A DNA stretch of 40,925 nt from a virus. Taxonomy: Duplodnaviria > Caudoviricetes. This document shows, piece after piece, positions 1 to 7,761 of this stretch (its first letter is position 1; every line of letters starts with the position of its first letter). The position numbers and the translations under genes were made by a program. The DNA lies in the IMG/VR virus record IMGVR_UViG_3300049273_000020, positions 1-40,925 of that record. One strand, 5' to 3'. Below the pieces are notes generated by a model, which worked only from the letters and a program-made list of their open reading frames with translations, was not told where the DNA came from and ran no database searches.

Positions 1-420
1 GTGTGCGTAGAGAACGACACGGACTACTGGTGGGGCGTGAAATACGCCACCGAGCGGGTAGACGGTGTGCCCGACATCCGGTTGGTGTACCGGCCCCGAG
101 GGGCGGACTGCTCGTCGTATGCCCAGCGGGTCCGAGTGGTCGACAGGCGGTACACCACCACCTGGATCGGCCAGGCCGACATCACCTACAACCCCGGCAC
201 CGGGTACATCACTGAGCCAGTGGTGATCCGGCTGAACAACAACTACTACGCCAAACGCACGCTGCGGCAGCGGATCTCCGTGGTCGAGCACGAACTGCTG
301 CACGCTATCGGCGTCGACCACACCAGACGATGCGACAGCTTGATGGGTCCATGCAGGTACGACCACGCGTATCCGACAGCGTTCGACCGGGCGGAAGTGG
401 AACGCCGGTATCCATGGTGA
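1..420 (+). CDS. Matrixin/M10-like zinc metalloprotease (metzincin), possibly 5'-truncated by the window edge
   Basis: HELLHAIGVDH fits HExxHxxGxxH and is followed by a Met-turn (DSLM). Confidence 0.8.
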   Translation: MCVENDTDYWWGVKYATERVDGVPDIRLVYRPRGADCSSYAQRVRVVDRRYTTTWIGQADITYNPGTGYITEPVVIRLNNNYYAKRTLRQRISVVEHELLHAIGVDHTRRCDSLMGPCRYDHAYPTAFDRAEVERRYPW

Positions 421-558
421 GCGGTAGGTCATCGCCGCCAGCAGGACCGCCGCCGGAGCCATCCGTGATGGTGCACAACGGGTGACATACTGGCCGTACG
501 GGGCGTCGGGTGCATCGACGCCCCGCCACTACCCAGATGCACCCTGGGAGATCCGCTC

Positions 559-1761
559 ATGGCACGCCAGACCGCGGTCGATGACCGCTTCCCCGCGACA
601 CTGCGCCGCCTGCGCGACGAGCGTGGACTTTCGCTTCGGAAGTTGAGCCAGCTCGCCTACGTCTCTAAAAGCACCATCTCTGAGCTGGAGAACGACCAGA
701 AAACCCCCACTGTGGAGACCGCGCGTGCGCTCGACACGGCACTGCGGGCCGGTGGGAAACTCGCCCAGCTTGTGACTGAGGTGGAACCACCGCGGCGCGA
801 ACCTGTGGTGTCGCCGTGGGAGACCGCCGAACTGCTGGAACGGGTGCGCGCGTCCGACGTGTCGGCGCCCACCGTCGAAGCGTTGCAGGTGACGGTGTTC
901 GAACTGTGTTGTGAGTACGGGTGGCAGTCTGAGCAGCGGCTGCGGGCCGAAGGGCTGCGCTGGTTGCACGAAGTCGCGCGGCTGCTGCGTCGCCCGGTCG
1001 GGTTGCGCCAGCACCGGGAACTGCTGGTGACCGCTGGCTGGTTGGCGCTGCTGGTCGGCTGCGTCGAGTACGACCTGGGGATGCGCCCGGCTGCCGAGGC
1101 CACGCGCCGCGCAGCGCTGCAGCTCGGCAACGAGGCGGGCAACGGCGAGATCTCCGCCTGGGCGTGGGAGATGGCCGCGTGGTTCGCGTTGACGCAGGAC
1201 CGGCACCGGGACGTCATCGCGGCCGCGGACGCCGGGCAACGGATCGTCGGCGAGCACCTGGCCGCCGCGCAGCTCGCGGCGCAGAAGGCGAAGTCGTACG
1301 CCCGGATCGGCGACGCGCGAGGTGTGCGTGCCGCGTTGGACCGGGGACACTGGCTCCTGACCCGGGTGCCGCCGCCGGACCGCCCGGACCACCACTTCGT
1401 GGTCGACCCTGACAAGTGGGACTTCTACGCCATGGATGCGTACCGGATCGTCGGCGACGACGACCAGGCCGCCCACCACGCCCGGGAAGTCCTACGCCTC
1501 GGGACCGCGCCGGACGGCACCGAACGCGCACCGATGCGCATGGCCGAGGCCCGCCTCACCCTGGCAGCGACCGCCGCCCGCAACGGTGAACTCGAACACG
1601 CGTTCGACACCGCCCTGACCGCGTTCACCGCACGACGCAGATCACTACCCACCCTGCTCATGGTCGCCCGGGAAGTCGGGGACGAACTCCACCGCCGTGA
1701 CCCCGCAGGCCGGCGAGCACGCGAACTACGGGACGCCGTCCAGGCGGTGTCCGCCGGGTAG
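559..1761 (+). CDS. XRE-family HTH regulator with long helical (TPR-like) C-terminal domain
   Basis: N-terminal LRRLRDERGLSLRKLSQLAYVSKSTISELEND is an XRE HTH. The Ala-rich helical C-terminus is typical of actinomycete XRE regulators. Confidence 0.9.
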   Translation: MARQTAVDDRFPATLRRLRDERGLSLRKLSQLAYVSKSTISELENDQKTPTVETARALDTALRAGGKLAQLVTEVEPPRREPVVSPWETAELLERVRASDVSAPTVEALQVTVFELCCEYGWQSEQRLRAEGLRWLHEVARLLRRPVGLRQHRELLVTAGWLALLVGCVEYDLGMRPAAEATRRAALQLGNEAGNGEISAWAWEMAAWFALTQDRHRDVIAAADAGQRIVGEHLAAAQLAAQKAKSYARIGDARGVRAALDRGHWLLTRVPPPDRPDHHFVVDPDKWDFYAMDAYRIVGDDDQAAHHAREVLRLGTAPDGTERAPMRMAEARLTLAATAARNGELEHAFDTALTAFTARRRSLPTLLMVAREVGDELHRRDPAGRRARELRDAVQAVSAG

Positions 1762-1782
1762 CGGACACCCGGACACGGACAG
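1746..1782. promoter_or_regulatory. 9-bp inverted repeat across the XRE stop codon plus three CGGACA(C/G) direct repeats; candidate operator
   Basis: GGTGTCCGC (1746-1754) pairs with GCGGACACC (1761-1769). CGGACAC at 1762 and 1770; CGGACAG at 1776. Confidence 0.45.
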
Positions 1783-1848
1783 CGAACCCCTCCCTCGTTC
1801 TGGATCTTCCACGGCAGGCTGTCACCACGCGCCTGCGGGTTGGTGATC

Positions 1849-2052
1849 ATGTGTGTCCCGGCCCGTGGCGCCGGCCGGCGACCGCTGCTCGACCACCACA
1901 TGCGCGGCCGCCGGCCTTCCAGTCTCTGCGAACGGACAGGGCAGATGCGCCGACGATGTGACGACGTGCCGACATCGGCACCGCCGTGGCTGTGGCCGAT
2001 CCTCGCCGTTGGCTTGGTGGCCATCGCAGCCCTGTGGTTGTGGGCGCTGTGA
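1849..2052 (+). CDS. Small protein with hydrophobic C-terminal helix (start uncertain: 1840, 1849 or 1945)
   Basis: High-GC3 frame ending in WLWPILAVGLVAIAALWLWAL. Its stop overlaps the next start (GTGA). Confidence 0.5.
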   Translation: MCVPARGAGRRPLLDHHMRGRRPSSLCERTGQMRRRCDDVPTSAPPWLWPILAVGLVAIAALWLWAL

Positions 2053-2282
2053 CCGCTGGCCAACCGGTGCCGTGTGCGCACTGCCGGGGCCCGGTGGTGG
2101 CCACCGACTGCGGGCTGACCCACCTGGACGCCCGGGGCTACCTGGCCGGCTGGCTCTGCCCGATGCCACACATGACCCTGGCCACCCTGCCGGACCGGAC
2201 GCCACCGCAGCCCGATCCGTGGGTTCAGGTGCTCCAGGCCAACCCGCCACGTTCTACCGTGCCGCCGTCAGACTGGCCGTAG
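2049..2282 (+). CDS. Small Cys/His-rich (zinc-ribbon-like) hypothetical protein
   Basis: GTGA overlap start; CAHC...H...C...H pattern. Confidence 0.55.
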   Translation: MTAGQPVPCAHCRGPVVATDCGLTHLDARGYLAGWLCPMPHMTLATLPDRTPPQPDPWVQVLQANPPRSTVPPSDWP

Positions 2283-2293
2283 ACACGACGAAG

Positions 2294-2331
2294 ACCGGCC
2301 CCGCCAGTCCGTGAAGACCAGCGGGGCCGGT
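2294..2331 (-). terminator. Intrinsic terminator hairpin, possibly bidirectional
   Basis: ACCGGCCCCGC...GCGGGGCCGGT 11-bp stem with a CTTCGTCGTGT tail on the minus strand, lying between convergent gene blocks. Confidence 0.7.
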
Positions 2332-2463
2332 GTGCTAACGGCTGCGTGAGAGCGTCTGTTCCTGGTAGAGAGCTACGGCGTGACTAGACGCATTCGCCGT
2401 GCCCGCAGCTCCCGGGTTCCCGTTTTGCGCCCTTGCCCTTAGGCAACTCCAGGATACGGCGAA

Positions 2464-2501
2464 ACGGCCCCCGCGCCCCGAAACGGGGTGGCGGGGGCCG
2501 T
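2464..2501 (-). terminator. Intrinsic terminator after the holin-like gene
   Basis: ACGGCCCCCGC-GCCCCG-AAA-CGGGGT-G-GCGGGGGCCGT hairpin with a TTCG tail on the minus strand. Confidence 0.75.
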
Positions 2502-2527
2502 CGTCGGACGGAGGTCCGATGTCGAGG

Positions 2528-2860
2528 CTACTCGCGGTGGTACACGGGCGTACGGGCGTTGACGTCGCGCCGGGTGCGGTAGGCCGGGGGTCCGCCGGTA
2601 TCCAGGCCAAGTGACAGCAGGATCCGGCCGGCGCCGCGGGCTGCGCGCGCCCACCAGGCGCGGCTGCGGCATTCCTCGGCCCAGCGGCCGGCCGCGTACA
2701 CCACGGCGGTCGCGGCGAACGCGACGATCTCGGCGACTAGGACGTTGTTGACTGGCAGGCCGAGCGCGTCGACGTGTGTGAGGGCCCAGGCGGTGAGGTG
2801 GCCGAGCAGCAGCGGCCACAGCGTGCGGAGGTACGCGGTAGCGCGGTCGGACAGGGTCAT
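2528..2860 (-). CDS. Holin-like membrane protein
   Basis: 110 aa with two hydrophobic segments and a basic C-terminus; last gene of the lysis block. Confidence 0.65.
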   Translation of the reverse strand: MTLSDRATAYLRTLWPLLLGHLTAWALTHVDALGLPVNNVLVAEIVAFAATAVVYAAGRWAEECRSRAWWARAARGAGRILLSLGLDTGGPPAYRTRRDVNARTPVYHRE

Positions 2861-2863
2861 GAG

Positions 2864-3601
2864 CTATTCCCCCTCGGGGTGCCACGCGGCCAGGCGTTCG
2901 CGGGCGATGGTGGTGTAGTGGGCGGTGGTTTCGATGCCGACGAACCGGCGTCCTTCGGCGAGCGCGGCGATGCCGGTGGACCCGGATCCGGCGCAGGGGT
3001 CGAGCACGGTGCCGCCTGCCGGGCACACCCGCACCAGTTCACGCAGGACCGGTACGGGTTTCTGGGTGATGTGCTGGCGTTCTCGGCCGCGAGGTTGTGA
3101 GCCCTCGACCCAGCCGGGCAGGTAAACCGGTGGATGGTGGCGGTGTGGTTCGCCGCGCGATCCCCACAGGACGAACTCGCACTCCCGGCGGAACCCATCC
3201 CGGCGCGGCCGGCTGATCGGTTTGCGCCACGGGATGATGCCGCGCCAGGTCCACCCGCCCGCCTGCACCGCGTCCGAAGTGGTCGGCAGCTGTGCCCAGT
3301 CCGTGAAGATCAGACAGGACGCGCCGTCCCGGGCGGCCCGGTGGCATTCGGCGAGCAGCAGCGACAGCCAGTAGCAGTAGGCGTGTTGGTCGCGGTTGTC
3401 GCCAGTGAAGTCGGCCAGGCCGTGGCCGGCGTCTCCGGACACGTACTTGCCCCGGGCGGTCTGGCCTCGCCGTTCGGTCGGGGTGCGGCCGCCCGAGTTG
3501 TACGGCGGGTCGGCCAGGACCAGGTCGACGCTGCCAGCCGGCAGGGTTGGCAGCAGGGTGGTTGCGTCAGCGTGATGCACGATCCAGCGTGGTGGTGCCA
3601 T
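2864..3601 (-). CDS. Beta-class N6-adenine/N4-cytosine DNA methyltransferase
   Basis: Motif IV DPPY precedes HITQKP and motif I DPCAGSGSTG. GGAGG RBS before ATG at 3601. Confidence 0.92.
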   Translation of the reverse strand: MAPPRWIVHHADATTLLPTLPAGSVDLVLADPPYNSGGRTPTERRGQTARGKYVSGDAGHGLADFTGDNRDQHAYCYWLSLLLAECHRAARDGASCLIFTDWAQLPTTSDAVQAGGWTWRGIIPWRKPISRPRRDGFRRECEFVLWGSRGEPHRHHPPVYLPGWVEGSQPRGRERQHITQKPVPVLRELVRVCPAGGTVLDPCAGSGSTGIAALAEGRRFVGIETTAHYTTIARERLAAWHPEGE

Positions 3602-3645
3602 CGAACCTCCCCGTTCGGAAGATGGCCACGCCGCGGTTGGTCCGC

Positions 3646-3870
3646 TCAGCCGTCGTTGAGGGATAAGGCTGCGCGGACGAACGCGTCCTTGGCTTCCAGG
3701 AGCTTGCGGAGTCCGGCGGTGAGCTCGGGACCGTCCGGCAACGCGTCGACCATCGCGGCAGCAAGTTCGGCGCACGGCTTGGATACCACCTGCAAATGCG
3801 GCGGCAGGTGCTCGTAGGTGAAGAACTGCGCGATGTGCGCGGTTCCCGGGTGTCGTCCGGTCAATTGCAT
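3646..3870 (-). CDS. Small helical phage protein, Acb2/Tad1-hairpin-like (putative)
   Basis: FFTYEHLPPHLQ...LPDGPELTAGLRKLLEAKDAFVRAA. The ORF is solid; the family call is by remembered resemblance. Confidence 0.55.
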   Translation of the reverse strand: MQLTGRHPGTAHIAQFFTYEHLPPHLQVVSKPCAELAAAMVDALPDGPELTAGLRKLLEAKDAFVRAALSLNDG

Positions 3871-4070
3871 TCCGTTCCTTCCTGTCCGCTGATTACCTTC
3901 ACGACGCGGTCCGCCGCGCCCGCGATAGCCACATGCATCACCCCCGGCAGGATCGACCCGACCGGGTCGCCCACACCCCGGTCACGCAGCACGCCCACCA
4001 ACTCGGCAACCGCCGCCCCCGGATTCGCGCCGTCGGGCACGTCGTACTCGAGTACGAACACCGCACGCAT
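3861..4070 (-). CDS. Hypothetical protein (69 aa)
   Basis: ATG at 4070 immediately after the upstream stop; high GC3. Confidence 0.65.
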   Translation of the reverse strand: MRAVFVLEYDVPDGANPGAAVAELVGVLRDRGVGDPVGSILPGVMHVAIAGAADRVVKVISGQEGTECN

Positions 4071-4072
4071 GG

Positions 4073-4219
4073 TTACCCGCCCGACTCGGCAAGGATCGGC
4101 AGGCCGAAGCCCAGCGACGTGATCGCCAGGCCGATAGCCAGGGTGTCTACCCCCGGGATGCGAGACGCGGCGGTCAGTCCCACACCGATGATGATCAGCA
4201 ACGCCTGAGCGAGCCTCAT
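4073..4219 (-). CDS. Small two-helix membrane protein (48 aa)
   Basis: MRLAQALLIIIGVGLTAA...LAIGLAITSLGFGLPILA; ATGA overlap and GGAGG RBS. Confidence 0.65.
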   Translation of the reverse strand: MRLAQALLIIIGVGLTAASRIPGVDTLAIGLAITSLGFGLPILAESGG

Positions 4220-4608
4220 GCGATAGCACCTCCGTTCACACCCGGCGCCTGCGTGGTGGTGTCGCCGTGGTGGTCGTACAGCAGGTGCCGGTCCATCCGG
4301 GAATCCACATGCTGCGCCAGCGACAGAGCCTGCTGCGCCACGGCCAGCGCGTTCATGCCGAGGTCCCGGTTCTGGTCCGCGCGTTCGGCCAACTCCACCA
4401 TCCGCGCTTCCGTGGCCTCGGTGATCTGCGCGACGGTCCGGCCGTTGCTGGGGGTGAGCTGCGTCGCGGCCTGCTTCGCGTCCGCGGCGATGCTGCTCAC
4501 CCACCGTTGCATCCGCCGCCGGATCCACAACGCCGCCGCCGTGATCGTGGCCGCGATCATTGCGAGCTGTGCGAGCAGATCGGACAGCTGACTGATGTCG
4601 ACCGTCAC
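4216..4608 (-). CDS. Lysis-cassette membrane protein (N-terminal TM plus coiled coil)
   Basis: LLAQLAMIAATITAAALWI TM segment; GTGA-coupled to the endolysin. Confidence 0.7.
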   Translation of the reverse strand: MTVDISQLSDLLAQLAMIAATITAAALWIRRRMQRWVSSIAADAKQAATQLTPSNGRTVAQITEATEARMVELAERADQNRDLGMNALAVAQQALSLAQHVDSRMDRHLLYDHHGDTTTQAPGVNGGAIA

Positions 4609-5507
4609 GTTGTACCCGCCGGCTGGTCCGGAGCGGTGCCCTGGTGGACAGCGGCAAGGAACTCGTCCGCGATCACCTGGCCAACGTCGGCGCCGAACCG
4701 CTCCGTCACCGTCGCCGCGAGCCGCTCACCGAGCCCGGCCAGCTCCGCTTGGCGTTCGGTCCGCTCACGCTCGGCCGCCGCGTCCAGCTCGGCGCGCATC
4801 ATGGCCTGCACCTGTTCCAGGCTGGACCCGGTGTGCGAGGCCACAAGGGCTTCCAGCATCGGGATGACCCGCTTGGCCAGCTTGTCGTCTGCGCCGTGGG
4901 AGTGCGCCCAGGCCCTTTCCCACGCCCAACGGGGCTGCACCGTTTTGTTCGTGGCGTAGTCCGGCTGGAACGGCTGATTGCGGACCCCGTACCTCGGGTC
5001 GCCCGGGTCGTAGACGGTCAGATCGCGAGGTTCCATGTCGTCCTCCGTGAGTTGGTAGTCGCCGATCGAACGGTCGATCCAGTCGGTACGGATCGACCAG
5101 TGCGCGTGGCTGGTGTGCCCGGACCCTTCCTGGTACGCCCAATTCCGGCGCACGTCACGCAGACCGGTCTTGCCGACCGGGCCGCGCCAGATCAGGTACT
5201 TAAGGAACCCCGGCTTTTCGCGCAGCGCCTTCTGACACATTGCGCCGATCGCTTCCGCTGGTCCGCCGAAGTCGATCGCGCACACCACGTACGCGCCGAT
5301 CTCCACCGGCCATTCGTCGATGCTGAACGGGGTGTGATCCTCGGGCGTGGCATCGGTCAGGTGCGATTCGTCGCCGATCGTGCCCACCAGCGTGATCTCG
5401 GGATGCTCCCGAGCCAGCTCGGCCAGCTCGGCTATCGGCTTGGCGAGCCGCCACGGTCGCCCGGCGTTGTCCCACGTGTAGTACGCCTGTGTCGCCACGT
5501 CGGGCAC
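4605..5507 (-). CDS. Endolysin with N-terminal M15-like Zn peptidase domain
   Basis: GTIGDESH...DH...AIDF...HAHWS metal-ligand pattern; located after the tail genes and before membrane proteins. Confidence 0.75.
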   Translation of the reverse strand: MPDVATQAYYTWDNAGRPWRLAKPIAELAELAREHPEITLVGTIGDESHLTDATPEDHTPFSIDEWPVEIGAYVVCAIDFGGPAEAIGAMCQKALREKPGFLKYLIWRGPVGKTGLRDVRRNWAYQEGSGHTSHAHWSIRTDWIDRSIGDYQLTEDDMEPRDLTVYDPGDPRYGVRNQPFQPDYATNKTVQPRWAWERAWAHSHGADDKLAKRVIPMLEALVASHTGSSLEQVQAMMRAELDAAAERERTERQAELAGLGERLAATVTERFGADVGQVIADEFLAAVHQGTAPDQPAGTT

Positions 5508-5535
5508 CTCCAGCGGAGTGGTTGGCCAGGAACAG

Positions 5536-5569
5536 CGAAGCGCCCCGGCCGATCGGCAGGAGCGCTTCG
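5536..5569 (-). terminator. Hairpin between tail module and lysis cassette (terminator or attenuator)
   Basis: CGAAGCGC...GCGCTTCG stem with an inner GCCG/CGGC stem. Confidence 0.55.
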
Positions 5570-5587
5570 GAGTAGGAAGGAGCGGGG

Positions 5588-5860
5588 TTACGGCGTGGGT
5601 TCAGCCTCACGACTGACGGGACTCCCGGCCTGCCGGACCGTGACCTCGGTCCAGCCGTCGCCGGTCAGTGCATTGTGCAGGGTGTCGAGATAGCCGAGGA
5701 TCTCGGCTTCGGTGGGCGTCGGGCCTTCCCAGCCGAGACGAAGGTCCAAGTCCAGGGTCCGCAGCGTTCCCGCCTCGAAGCTGCCCTTGGTGGCGTTGAT
5801 GGATAGACCCGAGGTGGCGTTGAATCCGGGGACGAATGGCATCCCCCACGTGAGCGACAA
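5588..5860 (-). CDS. Hypothetical protein at the end of the tail module
   Basis: AGGAGG RBS before TTG at 5860 (alternative ATG at 5842). Confidence 0.6.
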   Translation of the reverse strand: MSLTWGMPFVPGFNATSGLSINATKGSFEAGTLRTLDLDLRLGWEGPTPTEAEILGYLDTLHNALTGDGWTEVTVRQAGSPVSREAEPTP

Positions 5861-5907
5861 AGGTCCTCCTGTTATTCGAACGGTGCGCGCACAGCCTATC
5901 CAGGCGG

Positions 5908-6441
5908 TCAGCCGATCAGCTCGGCGCGGATGTAGGACCCGGAGCGGACCGATACAGCGGTCGCGTGGCTGGTTTTCTGCGCCCACCGGAAATTGATCGT
6001 ACCGGCCGAGACGGTCTCGATGATGAACTCTTCCATTGCCGTGCCCCAGAAAGTGTCGTCATCTTCTATGCCGTACGTGATGTCGGTGGCCGCGTTGTGC
6101 GCGCCCACACGCATATTCGTGTTCTGCCTGTCGGTACTGGCGGCATCGGGGCCGAGCGTGCGTTTGAGCATCGTCAGAACAGAGTCGACCGGTATTGACC
6201 AGTCCGTGACGATGCCCTGGCCGCCGGCCACAACACCACCGGCGGGACCGTCCATTTGGAACACGCATCGGATGTGGTAGCGGGCGTTGGCTTCCAGGAA
6301 GAGGAACAGTTCCAGGTCGTTGGACAACGAGATTGTGGAGGTTCGGTCCTCGTTCTGTTCTTTGATCACCCAGATGGCTTTGAGGGCCTCGATCTCGTCG
6401 GCGGTGGGGACCATGCCGGCCCGGAACTGCGGATAGGGCAT
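5908..6441 (-). CDS. Minor tail protein (small beta-sandwich type)
   Basis: MPYPQFRAGMVPTADEI start and GTINFRWAQ...VRSGSYIRAELIG end resemble actinophage minor tail proteins; GGAGG RBS. Confidence 0.75.
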   Translation of the reverse strand: MPYPQFRAGMVPTADEIEALKAIWVIKEQNEDRTSTISLSNDLELFLFLEANARYHIRCVFQMDGPAGGVVAGGQGIVTDWSIPVDSVLTMLKRTLGPDAASTDRQNTNMRVGAHNAATDITYGIEDDDTFWGTAMEEFIIETVSAGTINFRWAQKTSHATAVSVRSGSYIRAELIG

Positions 6442-6453
6442 CGTTGGGTCCTC

Positions 6454-7761
6454 CTACAGCGCCAGGACGTGGGACGGGGAGCCTGCGCCGATCACGGTGG
6501 AGCCCGTAGTGGAGAACGAGTGCCACATCGTGGGGCGGGTGCCGGCGTATGCGGTGAGGGTGAATGTGATGCCGGCGCCGCCGAGGTCGTCGACGCGGAT
6601 GGTGCCGTACTGCCCGCGGCCGGGGATGTCCTGCCAGGGGCCGGACGCCGGCGCGGACGGTGTGGAGTCCAGCGAGCTGGCCATGAGGATGGGGAACCCG
6701 CCGTTGGTGTTCTGGGGGCCGGTGATGATGCGGGTGGCGTGCCGGTCGCCGTAGCCCATGGTCATGCGGGACAGCCAGCCCCCGCCAGCGGTCCCGAAGA
6801 TCCCGAGCACCTCGGTACGTTCGGTCTGGAATGCCGACCACGAATCGTCGTGGTCGGTCTCTGTCCACTGCGAACCGCCGAGCACCACCAGGGCCTGAGC
6901 CGTCGACGCGGCGAGCAGCGACTGTAGCCACGCCTTCTGCAGCGTGCCGAGCATCGTCTTGGACGAGTTGTCCACAGCCGAGTTCGCGCTGCCCTTGGAA
7001 CGGACGTCGAGCAGCACCCACAGCACCCGCCCGATCTGGATGCTCTGATAGCAGCCGTCTGTGGGGTTGGGCAGTGGGTAGTGCGGCCAGCGTTCCCGGA
7101 ACGCCGTCAGGGCATTGGCTGCGCCGGTCGGGTCTTCCAAGCCTCGCTTGTCGTTGCCGAGGAAGCAGTGGTCGTCGAACACGTACGCCGACGCCACTTC
7201 GCGGTACAGCTGGTGCTGGCGCAGCTGCGCCAGGACGTCGTCGTATCCTCGCCTGAAGTTGGCCAGGGACGCGCCGCCGGTGATGCCGTGCGAACCGGAG
7301 GACAAGTCGTAGTAGTGCAAGTCGCCGAGGTGGAAGAACACCAACGGGTCCAGTAACCGGATCCAGTCGTAGACGGGGTGGTTGCTGAGCCGGTCCGCGG
7401 CGAGCACGGAGCCGACACCTGTGTAGTCCGGTGAACTTCCGGCACACGACGACAACGCCACGGTGTACGACGCCTCGGATCCGACCGGCGGGTGGGTGCG
7501 GAACCGGCCGTTCGAATACGTGCTGTCGAGCACGCCGCCGTGTTCGATCTGCCAGTAGTGCCGGGTGTCGGCAGTGAGCCCGGTCGCGGTCACCGACGCG
7601 ACGCCCTGGGCATCCGGGGTGACCGGGCCGAAATACGTCGGTGAGCTCAAGTCGGGGCTGGTGGACACTGCGAGACGGACATTCGCCAGGCTGGACACCT
7701 TGGTCACGACGCGAGCGCTGGACGGGGTGGCCGCCCCGACGATCATGGATGCGACGGTCAC
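6454..7761 (-). CDS. phoD: PhoD-family (alkaline phosphatase D) metallophosphoesterase without signal peptide
   Basis: N-terminal Fn3-like domain (ATGLTADTRHYWQI...GRFRTHP), then SSC, HLGDLHYYD, DDHCFLGND, LLDVRS, MLGTLQKAWL, DSWSAFQTER and GDRH in PhoD order. Confidence 0.88.
   Translation of the reverse strand: MTVASMIVGAATPSSARVVTKVSSLANVRLAVSTSPDLSSPTYFGPVTPDAQGVASVTATGLTADTRHYWQIEHGGVLDSTYSNGRFRTHPPVGSEASYTVALSSCAGSSPDYTGVGSVLAADRLSNHPVYDWIRLLDPLVFFHLGDLHYYDLSSGSHGITGGASLANFRRGYDDVLAQLRQHQLYREVASAYVFDDHCFLGNDKRGLEDPTGAANALTAFRERWPHYPLPNPTDGCYQSIQIGRVLWVLLDVRSKGSANSAVDNSSKTMLGTLQKAWLQSLLAASTAQALVVLGGSQWTETDHDDSWSAFQTERTEVLGIFGTAGGGWLSRMTMGYGDRHATRIITGPQNTNGGFPILMASSLDSTPSAPASGPWQDIPGRGQYGTIRVDDLGGAGITFTLTAYAGTRPTMWHSFSTTGSTVIGAGSPSHVLAL

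Noticed and set aside
2332-2463. c-di-GMP or c-di-AMP riboswitch, or tRNA
   Set aside because: I could not match the consensus elements or a cloverleaf by eye, and no gene lies downstream in a riboswitch position.
2864-3870. Restriction-modification or toxin-antitoxin pair
   Set aside because: Neighbours of the MTase show no nuclease or toxin motifs.
4042-4057. 16-bp perfect palindrome TCGTACTCGAGTACGA
   Set aside because: An 8-bp-arm palindrome is expected roughly once by chance in a window of this size, and it lies inside a CDS.
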